This document shows positions 19,166 through 27,288 of a stretch of 32,000 nucleotides of DNA, piece by piece. A program made the translations under genes and the position numbers. Source of the DNA: Alkanindiges sp. WGS2144 (GTDB lineage Bacteria > Pseudomonadota > Gammaproteobacteria > Pseudomonadales > Moraxellaceae); assembly GCF_043950625.1 (NCBI RefSeq), contig NZ_CP171007.1, one strand, 5' to 3'. Under the pieces are notes generated by a model. That model saw only the letters and a program-made list of their open reading frames with translations, searched no databases and was not told the DNA's origin. Position 1 is the stretch's first letter. Every line of letters begins with the position of its first letter.

Positions 19166-20065
19166 TTAGGGTTTGTTCATTCTCTGTGGAGTGACAGCAG
19201 TAGCCGGGGCAATCTGGGCTTCTACCGCCTCAGTATGCAGTCCAATGGTAGGTACCGGAATCTCGATATGATTCTTGATAAATTCATCCTTGATCAGCTC
19301 CTGAATTTCATCACGCACCCTGATAAAATTTTCCCGCCGTGTCCACACTGCAAACATGAGCTCAATCGTAGATTCACGAAAAGCCGTCACCGTAACCCGT
19401 GGTTTGGGTTCATCCAGCACCCAGGGGTACTCTTCGGCCAGATTCATTAACACTTGCCGAACCTTACCCATATCTTCGACAAAAGTAATTGCCAGGGTAA
19501 TGGGCACTCGCCGGATGGGAAAACGTGACAGATTCTGTACCGGTGTGCGAATCAGCTGCTCATTGGGCACCCGGATAAACACATTATCGGCTGTGCGTAG
19601 TTTGATTGACAACAAATCAATAGAAATAACCTCACCTTCTATGACATAGCCGCGGATGAGCGTCATTTGAATGGTATCGCCAATCTCAAAGGAACCTTCA
19701 CCAATTAAAAACAGACCACTAATCAGGTTGGATGCCGAGGTCTGTGAGGCAAAACCAAACGCCACAGTTAAAATACCCGCCGCGCCCAGAAAAACGCTGA
19801 GTTTAAAACCCGCCTCACGCAAGCTGGTAATTAAAAACAACATAAAAATAAAATAAAAAATGCCACGCCGCCATACCAGCCGCTGGTGGGCATTAAACCT
19901 GCTACCGATCGTGCGAATAAATGCATTGCTCAGCAGCCGGGCAATTAAAAAGCCCAGAAATGACAAAACAATAGCAACCAGAATGTCTTCCAGCCGGTCT
20001 GTTTTAATGGAACTGATCATGCCGGTTATGGTGTTTTTTAATTGTTCTGAAATATTGATTGCCAT
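19166..20065 (-). CDS. Mechanosensitive ion channel, MscS family
   Basis: I prefer the ATG at 20065 (MAINISEQL...), giving 299 aa. There are three TM segments. TM3 and the beta-domain show GFASQTSASNLISGLFLIGEGSFEIGDTI, the MscS signature. The ORF-track N-terminal extension overlaps the upstream gene. Confidence 0.85.
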   Translation of the reverse strand: MAINISEQLKNTITGMISSIKTDRLEDILVAIVLSFLGFLIARLLSNAFIRTIGSRFNAHQRLVWRRGIFYFIFMLFLITSLREAGFKLSVFLGAAGILTVAFGFASQTSASNLISGLFLIGEGSFEIGDTIQMTLIRGYVIEGEVISIDLLSIKLRTADNVFIRVPNEQLIRTPVQNLSRFPIRRVPITLAITFVEDMGKVRQVLMNLAEEYPWVLDEPKPRVTVTAFRESTIELMFAVWTRRENFIRVRDEIQELIKDEFIKNHIEIPVPTIGLHTEAVEAQIAPATAVTPQRMNKP

Positions 20066-20081
20066 TATTAAAAATTTCCGC

Positions 20082-20900
20082 TTAAAAAAATGAATCAAAC
20101 ATATGAAACAGACCACCTTCCCCAATACGTGGTGGCTGAATAAAGCTGACTTTGCCAGCCTGCGGCGGAGTTCGGTTTTCAATGCGGATACGTGGTGGGC
20201 GCCCCGGAGTATCCTGAATGACCTTGATTTGCGAGGTCCAGATACGACCACTTTGACTGCAATGAAACAGTGGCAGGGCAGGTACAGGCAGATTCATGCG
20301 ATCCAGCTGTAGCAAGGTGTTGCTGGTATTATGAAAATGCACAGGCGTAATGGCACGGAACGCTCGTGGTATAAGCAGCTTTAAATCGGTACGGCCTTCA
20401 ACCGGCGTGGAGTAGCACAGCTCGCCTTTAAGGGTATCAGGGCCAAACCATGAATCCTTGGGGCGGTTAATGGCTAGATCAAAGATGGGTTCTTTTTGCC
20501 CGCCCACAAAACCGGCCATCCACAGCGGCGTACTGACAAACAGGGTGCCTTGTTGTCCTGCCGGGATAAAAATCGGATTAATCGGCTTTACAATCACCGA
20601 GCGGTTGGCTAGCCGTGGATAAAGAGTTAACGTGTCGCCAGTACGGGCAAACATATAGCGCTCTAGCACGGTCGGCTCACTAAATGCAGTTTCTACATCC
20701 AGTACTTCCCAGTCCTGCATGTTTTCACCCCGGTGGCGCATGCGATGATATTCCAGTTGCCACTCATTAATGTTACGGCTAATACGTGCATACAGGGAGC
20801 CCAGTCGCCATACCCGTGACTGGCCAATATTAAAGTTTAGCTCACCCCACCACTTTAGAGCCTGCGGGTGTAAACCGGGAGAATCCATAGACACATTCAT
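20082..20900 (-). CDS. Hypothetical protein, no recognised domain
   Basis: 272 aa with a weak SD (AAGG) before the ATG at 20900. It has no signal peptide or TM segment. It ends 16 nt before the MscS-family gene start on the same strand. Confidence 0.6.
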   Translation of the reverse strand: MNVSMDSPGLHPQALKWWGELNFNIGQSRVWRLGSLYARISRNINEWQLEYHRMRHRGENMQDWEVLDVETAFSEPTVLERYMFARTGDTLTLYPRLANRSVIVKPINPIFIPAGQQGTLFVSTPLWMAGFVGGQKEPIFDLAINRPKDSWFGPDTLKGELCYSTPVEGRTDLKLLIPRAFRAITPVHFHNTSNTLLQLDRMNLPVPALPLFHCSQSGRIWTSQIKVIQDTPGRPPRIRIENRTPPQAGKVSFIQPPRIGEGGLFHMFDSFF

Positions 20901-21011
20901 CGCCTTAAGTTATCTGGATGTAACGGCTTTTTAAAATAACAACGAGAAAATAAACCTGATGCTTCAAACCGCTTATGGCTTAGAGTACACTCATTATTCC
21001 TTTTAATAAAA

Positions 21012-22505
21012 ATGGATTTTGTCGTGCAATTGCTTCGCCAAGCCCAACTTCCGTATAGTTATGCCAAACGACATGGAGTTTTACTTCAGTTTGAGGGCGA
21101 ACAGGCCATTATTGTACGCCGCCAGAACGCTCCCCTGCCAGCACTTACTGAAGCACGGCGTTTTCTGTCAGCTCCGGCAAGTTACAAAACCGTGGCTGAT
21201 GAAGAGTTCTCGCGTCTTTTAGCCGCTTCATTTGCGGGTGATACCGGTGAATCACAGCAAGTTGCCGCTGGGCTTGAGGATCATCCGGATCTACTCAGCC
21301 TTGCCGATCAGGTACCCGAAACCGAAGACCTGATGGATCAGGAGGACGATGCGCCGATTATTCGCCTGATTAATGCCTTGCTCAGTGAAGCCATCCGGCT
21401 GGGTGCTTCGGATATCCACATTGAATCGTTTGAAAAGCGTCTGTCAGTACGCTTGCGGGTGGATGGCCAGTTGCGTGAAATTGTGCAGCCACGCCGCGAA
21501 CTGGCACCGCTTCTGGTGTCGCGTATCAAGGTGATGGCACGGCTTGATATTGCCGAGAAACGTATTCCGCAGGACGGCCGGATTTCATTGCGTCTGGCGG
21601 GGCGTGAGGTGGATGTACGTGTGTCGACCTTGCCCTCTTCGCATGGTGAGCGGGTGGTCATGCGTTTGCTGGATAAACAGGCAGGCCGCCTCAACATGAC
21701 CCATCTGGGCTTGATGAAAGATGATTATGAACGGCTGACACAGCTGATTCACCGTCCCCACGGCATTATTCTGGTGACTGGCCCTACTGGCTCTGGTAAA
21801 ACCACCACTTTATATGCGGCCTTAACCGACCTCAATGACAATACCCGTAATATTTTAACTGCTGAAGACCCTATTGAATATCAACTGGAAGGTATTGGTC
21901 AGACGCAGGTCAATACCAAGGTAGACATGACCTTTGCCCGTAGTTTGCGTGCGATGTTGCGCCAGGACCCGGATGTGGTGATGGTAGGGGAAATTCGTGA
22001 CCTGGAAACGGCTGAAATTGCGGTGCAGGCATCCCTGACTGGACATTTGGTATTGTCTACCTTACACACCAACACCGCAGTTGGTGCTGTTACCCGCCTC
22101 AAAGACATGGGCATTGAGCCATTTTTATTATCCAGCTCCTTAATTGGGGTGATTGCCCAGCGGTTGGTACGCACCCTGTGCAGGCATTGTCATAGCTGGC
22201 GTGAAGCCGACCAGTTTGAGCAAAACCTGTTTAGTCAGGTAGAGCTGACAGAGCCATTAAAAATCCCGGTGGCCCAAGGCTGTGAGCAATGTAACCAGCT
22301 GGGCTTTAATGGCCGTACCGCCATTTATGAAGTAGTGCCTGTAGATGATGCCATGCGTCGCCTGATTCATGGGAACGCCGCGGAGCATGAGCTGGAAAAT
22401 TATGCCCGCACTTATTCTCCCTCCATTCGTCAGGATGGCTTGCTCAAAGTCTTGCAAGGCAAAACCACCGTGGAAGAGGTGCTACGCGCCACGCAGGAAG
22501 AGTAA
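21012..22505 (+). CDS. gspE: Type II secretion system ATPase GspE
   Basis: 497 aa. N-terminal LPYSYAKRHGVLL, Walker A GPTGSGKTTT, Asp box, Walker B/His box (LVLSTLHTN) and the tetracysteine CRHC...CEQC typical of GspE. No other gsp genes are adjacent. Confidence 0.92.
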   Translation: MDFVVQLLRQAQLPYSYAKRHGVLLQFEGEQAIIVRRQNAPLPALTEARRFLSAPASYKTVADEEFSRLLAASFAGDTGESQQVAAGLEDHPDLLSLADQVPETEDLMDQEDDAPIIRLINALLSEAIRLGASDIHIESFEKRLSVRLRVDGQLREIVQPRRELAPLLVSRIKVMARLDIAEKRIPQDGRISLRLAGREVDVRVSTLPSSHGERVVMRLLDKQAGRLNMTHLGLMKDDYERLTQLIHRPHGIILVTGPTGSGKTTTLYAALTDLNDNTRNILTAEDPIEYQLEGIGQTQVNTKVDMTFARSLRAMLRQDPDVVMVGEIRDLETAEIAVQASLTGHLVLSTLHTNTAVGAVTRLKDMGIEPFLLSSSLIGVIAQRLVRTLCRHCHSWREADQFEQNLFSQVELTEPLKIPVAQGCEQCNQLGFNGRTAIYEVVPVDDAMRRLIHGNAAEHELENYARTYSPSIRQDGLLKVLQGKTTVEEVLRATQEE

Positions 22506-22525
22506 TTTTTAGTCAAGAGAGGCTT

Positions 22526-23230
22526 ATGTTTACCGGAATTGTTCAGGCGGTTGCGACTATCGAGAAAGTGACGGATATTGATGGTATTCGTACGTTTACT
22601 ACCAGTTTTCCGGCAGGATTTTGTCAGGACTTGCAAATTGGTGCCAGTGTGGCAATTGATGGTACCTGTTTAACCGTAACCGAAATACTGGATAGCAATA
22701 CCGCCAGTTTTGATGTCATGCTACAAAGTCTGCACATCACGACTTTGGGTGCCTATCAGGCTGGGGCACAGGTCAATGCTGAGCGCGCGGCTAAAGATGG
22801 CGCAGAAATTGGCGGGCATCCATTATCCGGGCATATTGATTTTACCGGCTCGATTTTAGATATTAAGCAATATGACAATAATTTTTGCTACCGCATTGAC
22901 ATACCGGCACAATGGATGAAATATATTTTTTCCAAGGGTTATATTGCCATTAACGGTGCTAGCCTGACCTTGTTTGAAGTGAATAAAACCGAACACTGGT
23001 TTGAAGTATGGCTGATTCCTGAAACCCGCCGTATGACGACCTTTGCCCAAAAGCAGGTGGGAGACGCGTTAAATATTGAAATTGAGCGTAGTACCCAGGT
23101 GCTGGTAGATACCATTCGGGACGCACTGGATGAAAAATTGGGCACTTTGGCACCACTTCTGGAAAATATCATGCAGCAACAGGGCATTAATTTGGCAAGT
23201 GACATGGTACAAAAATTACCTAAAGCATGA
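22526..23230 (+). CDS. ribE: Riboflavin synthase
   Basis: 234 aa. MFTGIVQAVATIEKV and the internal repeat (SVAIDGTCLTV / YIAINGASLTL) are diagnostic. The gene starts 20 nt after gspE. Confidence 0.92.
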   Translation: MFTGIVQAVATIEKVTDIDGIRTFTTSFPAGFCQDLQIGASVAIDGTCLTVTEILDSNTASFDVMLQSLHITTLGAYQAGAQVNAERAAKDGAEIGGHPLSGHIDFTGSILDIKQYDNNFCYRIDIPAQWMKYIFSKGYIAINGASLTLFEVNKTEHWFEVWLIPETRRMTTFAQKQVGDALNIEIERSTQVLVDTIRDALDEKLGTLAPLLENIMQQQGINLASDMVQKLPKA

Positions 23231-23333
23231 CCTTCAAATCAGTGCTTTGAAATTAGCCTTTTACATACAGATTTTTTTGCATCCGAGCTTTAAAAACAAA
23301 AGCTTTAGATCAGAATTTTTTTAGTCCATGAAG

Positions 23334-24194
23334 CTATATCGTGGTGAAATTAGGGGCACGCCCTAATAATCCAAGTCGACGATGTTGCATCAGGGGCATT
23401 GATTTACGTCGTTTTTTGATGGCTTCCAGGTCAAATTCAGCCATAACAATTCCTGTACCTTCCTCATTTTGCTCAGCAACAATTTCGCCAGCCGCATTGC
23501 TGATGGCACTATGTCCCCAGGTTTGGCGCGAGCCATGCGTGCCTTGCTGTCCAGCCCCGAGCACATAGCACTGTGTGTCAGCAGCACGGGCACATAGCAA
23601 TAAACGCCAATGCAAGCGCCCTGTGGTTGCCGTAAAGGCTGAAGGCGCAGTTAAGCATTCCGCACCCTGCTGACGTAAAGCCAGAGCCAGCTCTGGAAAG
23701 CGCAAATCATAGCAAATCATCATGCCAAGCCTGCCAAAAGGCGTGGTGGCAACTACCACCTCGTTCCCCGGTTCAAAGGTCGCAGACTCCTGATAGCTGC
23801 CGGTATTGTCATCTACCTGTACATCAAATAAATGAATCTTGTCGTAACGGGCTACAGTTTTGCCTTCTGGACTAAGCAGCAAGCTAGTGCTGCGTACCTT
23901 GCCATCATTAATCATGCTGCCATCGGGGCGGTATGGACAGGGTATTGAGCCGGCAACCAGCCATAAATGATGCCTTGCCGCCAGTTGCTGTAACTGCTGT
24001 TGTAAATCATCAAAGCGTTCTGCCGTTTTTGCCTGTTGACCTGCGGCAAAGCAGGCAAAGTTTTCTGGCAATACCAGCAATCTAACTTGCTGTTGATGAG
24101 CCTGTTGCATCAGTTGCGCAACATCGGCAAGGTTTTTCTCAATAGAATCTTGCGAATTCATCTGTGCAACAGCAAAAACAGGCAAACTGCTCAT
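23334..24194 (-). CDS. Carbon-nitrogen hydrolase (nitrilase superfamily, Nit-like)
   Basis: 286 aa. The E-K-C triad context is present: LLVLPENF, YDKIHLFD, MMICYDLRFPE. The start is 9 nt after the STAS gene stop. Confidence 0.85.
   Translation of the reverse strand: MSSLPVFAVAQMNSQDSIEKNLADVAQLMQQAHQQQVRLLVLPENFACFAAGQQAKTAERFDDLQQQLQQLAARHHLWLVAGSIPCPYRPDGSMINDGKVRSTSLLLSPEGKTVARYDKIHLFDVQVDDNTGSYQESATFEPGNEVVVATTPFGRLGMMICYDLRFPELALALRQQGAECLTAPSAFTATTGRLHWRLLLCARAADTQCYVLGAGQQGTHGSRQTWGHSAISNAAGEIVAEQNEEGTGIVMAEFDLEAIKKRRKSMPLMQHRRLGLLGRAPNFTTI
23340..23366. repeat. 27-nt repeat, copy 1 (contains a 7-bp hairpin attaggg-gcacg-ccctaat)
   Basis: cgtggtgaaattaggggcacgccctaa matches 30433-30459 at 26 of 27 positions, in the same orientation. 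It lies inside the last codons of the hydrolase gene on the opposite strand. Confidence 0.85.
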
Positions 24195-24203
24195 GATATA
24201 AAA

Positions 24204-24740
24204 TTAGTGAGGCTGGAAAGAGGAAAGCTGATGATCTGCCTGCTTTTGACGCTGTTCTTCTTGTTCAAGTTGTTTGACCAGCGGCTGGAACATATTGTGG
24301 TTATTTTTGTTCAGGCACATCAGGGTACGGTGAGCTTCCAGTACGGTATGCAGCATTTCCCGGTGATTGGCATGCTCTTCGGGCAATACCTTGGTATAAC
24401 ACGCCTCCGCCAGACAGTTAAGCATCACAAACACTTGCCCCAGCCCCATGCTATCGGCCAGTATGGTAATGTCAGGATTGGTACTGAGCATCACTGCCTG
24501 AATATCATGAGCTTGCTGAAGCTTTAAGCCAAGCTTGGCCAAAATCCCCAGTACTGTGCTATCAATAAAGGTAGCGCGGGTTAAATCAACCAGAGCACCT
24601 TTGACATCAGTTTGCTGTTCAATTTTGTCCAGCAGGTGATCAAGACTAACACAGGAGGTTGCCCGGACTTCACCAACAAGTTTGAATACGTGGGTGCCAT
24701 TTAGGCATGCATATTCAATATGACCAGTTGACATAAACAT
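24204..24740 (-). CDS. STAS-domain protein (anti-sigma-antagonist-like) with C-terminal extension
   Basis: 178 aa. The first ~110 aa fit the SpoIIAA/RsbV-type STAS pattern (VDLTRATFIDSTVLGILAKL ... NPDITILADSMGLGQVF). About 65 further, probably helical, residues contain Cys and His. An alternative start is the ATG at 24734. Confidence 0.7.
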   Translation of the reverse strand: MFMSTGHIEYACLNGTHVFKLVGEVRATSCVSLDHLLDKIEQQTDVKGALVDLTRATFIDSTVLGILAKLGLKLQQAHDIQAVMLSTNPDITILADSMGLGQVFVMLNCLAEACYTKVLPEEHANHREMLHTVLEAHRTLMCLNKNNHNMFQPLVKQLEQEEQRQKQADHQLSSFQPH

Positions 24741-24839
24741 GCCATTTTCATACGTGGAAAGTTAATTATCCCATAGCCGGGTAGGTTCAGCAAGCCAGCT
24801 GGAATTAATTAGAGCCTTAAGTGGTACTAAAAGGTAAAG

Positions 24840-25814
24840 CTAGCTTCGGCTCAGGCACAACAGGGCAATGTCATCAGGCACATGTTCAGGTAACTGAAAG
24901 CCTTCATGTTCCAGCTGCTGAATCAACTGTTCAAATTGCTCATTCAAGCCGCCACCAAAGGACTCAAGTGCACCATCAGAGCAAAACACCAGACGTGCGC
25001 CGGGAGTCATTGTTAAATGTTGGGTTTGAATTTTTAAATCACTGGTTAACCCCAGAGGCAGGCTACTGCTGGTTAAAATAACCGGTTTTTGTCCCTGCTG
25101 TAGTAACACCGCAGGCGGGTAATGCCCAGCACTGCACCATTCTACCTCATGGGTTTTTAAATCCAGCAAGCCGCAGAGCAGGGTAATATGCTTTTCGGCA
25201 TTTTGTGCAACCAGCCGGTTATTCAATTTGCTCACCAGTTGCAGCGGACTATAGGCGCGACCATGAAAGCCGGCCATCCAGGTGGTAAGCAGGCTACTGG
25301 TGACCCCGTGACCGGCCACGTCAGCCAGATAAAATAAAATTTGCTGATCATCAACCTGCCAGTAATCAAACCAGTCGCCAGATAAAAAGGCAGCGGGCTG
25401 GAAAAAATGCTCAATCTGGTAGCCATCAAACCTTAAGGGGCGGGGTAGCATACGCTGCTGTAGCCGGGCAGCAGCGGGCAGGTCACGACTATCCTGGTTA
25501 CGTTTATATTGCAGGTCTAACTGCCTAAATACTTCTTCCGGGTCGGCGGGTAATTCATCCCATATCCAGCCTGCCAGTGCACCTTTTTGCCAGGCTTTGG
25601 CCAGTAGGGAACCCTGAGTTGCATTTGCCAGCACAATGGTTGGGTTGCTCCACTGATGGCTTAAAAAACTTTCTACGTCGGCAAACACAATGAACGTGTT
25701 GTCGATGGATTCCAGATCAGAAATATCAATGCATTTAAGTCGTGGCAGTGCCTGTTGCAGCTTGATAATGCGGGCAGCAAGCTCTGACTGGTTAATCACA
25801 AACATGGAGTTCAA
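24840..25814 (-). CDS. PP2C/SpoIIE-family serine phosphatase with N-terminal receiver-like domain
   Basis: 324 aa. SpoIIE-type motifs are SGDWFDY, LADVAGHGVTSSLL, FCSDGALE and DDIALLCL. The N-terminal ~110 aa are receiver-like but lack the acidic pair and the conserved Lys. The ORF-track start is TTG 25814. The ATG at 25805 (MFVINQ) is more likely. Confidence 0.8.
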   Translation of the reverse strand: MNSMFVINQSELAARIIKLQQALPRLKCIDISDLESIDNTFIVFADVESFLSHQWSNPTIVLANATQGSLLAKAWQKGALAGWIWDELPADPEEVFRQLDLQYKRNQDSRDLPAAARLQQRMLPRPLRFDGYQIEHFFQPAAFLSGDWFDYWQVDDQQILFYLADVAGHGVTSSLLTTWMAGFHGRAYSPLQLVSKLNNRLVAQNAEKHITLLCGLLDLKTHEVEWCSAGHYPPAVLLQQGQKPVILTSSSLPLGLTSDLKIQTQHLTMTPGARLVFCSDGALESFGGGLNEQFEQLIQQLEHEGFQLPEHVPDDIALLCLSRS

Positions 25815-25849
25815 CTTAAGCCCTGATGCAATACATAAGATGCAATATA

Positions 25850-27019
25850 TTAAAAGATGTCACTATCTTGTGCGCCAGAAGCTACAGGAGGTTCGGTCTG
25901 TGTATTGGCATCATCTGGTTCATTCCCAAAGTCGTGTTCGACTGTATCTGTAGAGGTATTTGTAGTTTGGCCATCAGCAGGCGTGTTGTCAAAATCTGAC
26001 TCCTGAGTTTCATGAGTTGAAGTATCAGGACTTATAGGTTCAACATTAAGTTCTTCAGAGCTGTTACTTTGACTATCAAGACCTGTATCACCAAAATCTT
26101 CATCGCCAAAGTCAGCGTCTTCATCACCAAAGCTACTGTCAATGGCGCGGTCAGGGTGACTTGCCGAAACCAGATATTGCCGGCGCTGTAAATAAAGATC
26201 GCGTAGCAGCGCATATTGATCACCCTGAACCAGATCTTCTACACCCACAAAGCCAGCACGCAAATTAATAGCTTCCAGTGCACCTGAAGTCCAGTATAGA
26301 GAGTTCTGGTCCATGTAGTGCTGTGGGCGTCCATACACGTCAAAAATACGCCCGGCACCATCACGTAAGGTTGAGGGGCCAAGCGCTGGTAGCATTAAAA
26401 ATGGCCCTGACTTAATACCCCACGCCCCCAGGGTTAGGCCAAAATCCTCATCTTCTTTCTCGATTCCAAGACGCGCAGCAGGGTCAGCTAGCCCCAGGCT
26501 GGAAACAGTATTGATGGTAAAGCGGCCCAGGCTTTTATAGGATGATTTTGGTTTACCCTGTAACAGGTGATTTACCGCATTCCACGGCTCTCCCAGATTA
26601 GAAAAAAAGTTGCTTACACCTGTTCTGACTGGCTGGGGTACATGATTTTTATAGCCACGGGCCACTGGAAGCAGCAAGTATTTATCCAGTTTATTATTAA
26701 AGTTAAATATTTTGCGGTTAATGGCCTGAAAAGGGTCTTTAACTGCATCAGGCTGGTTAGCATTGGCGTCAATGTTGAGCTGCTTTAGGGTGATCCGGCG
26801 CAGGGTATAAAAAGTTAAGGGATCATCATACATATTGATCTGACCAGTGACCTGACTTTCACCCTGTACGGGAACAGGCGCAGTATCCGGTTGGTCGATT
26901 ACTGGATTGGTATTGTCTGTTAATTCATCGCCAAAGCTTTCATCAATAGCAACAGCAGGCGTAAATAATGCAAGATTAATCAGTGCAGCGCTTAACCAGC
27001 GAGAAATTACTACAGTCAT
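25850..27019 (-). CDS. mlaA: MlaA/VacJ-family outer-membrane lipid-asymmetry protein, atypical (no Cys, long acidic tails)
   Basis: 389 aa. The core DPFQAINRKIFNFNNKLDKYLLLPVARGYKNHVPQPVRTGVSNFFSNLGEPWNAVNHLLQG matches MlaA. The N-terminal signal ends in AVA/ID rather than a lipobox. Confidence 0.82.
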   Translation of the reverse strand: MTVVISRWLSAALINLALFTPAVAIDESFGDELTDNTNPVIDQPDTAPVPVQGESQVTGQINMYDDPLTFYTLRRITLKQLNIDANANQPDAVKDPFQAINRKIFNFNNKLDKYLLLPVARGYKNHVPQPVRTGVSNFFSNLGEPWNAVNHLLQGKPKSSYKSLGRFTINTVSSLGLADPAARLGIEKEDEDFGLTLGAWGIKSGPFLMLPALGPSTLRDGAGRIFDVYGRPQHYMDQNSLYWTSGALEAINLRAGFVGVEDLVQGDQYALLRDLYLQRRQYLVSASHPDRAIDSSFGDEDADFGDEDFGDTGLDSQSNSSEELNVEPISPDTSTHETQESDFDNTPADGQTTNTSTDTVEHDFGNEPDDANTQTEPPVASGAQDSDIF

Positions 27020-27288
27020 TTAACCAGTATTCCTAACATTGACGCACGGCAGATTAAGGCACTTTGCCCGCATTGTAAATTATTAGCTAAGCTGTTTTAG
27101 CGTAACTGTCTTATATCTTATAATAAGGGGTGAATGCATAAATAAATTTTATCATTATATTTCAGTGATTTTATTGTTTGACAGTATATAAAACAATGCC
27201 AGAAATAATAAATAGGCATAAAAATTGCATTGCATGATGCAGAACTCTTATGATTATAATGAACCCATACTAAAAACAGGATATTGGC

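Noticed and set aside
21012-22505. Isolated gspE followed by ribE: a possible orphan or decaying T2SS gene, or an odd operon
   Set aside because: All ATPase and zinc-finger motifs are intact. I recall T2SS genes being dispersed in Acinetobacter-type genomes. The 20-nt spacing to ribE probably reflects compact packing rather than a functional link.
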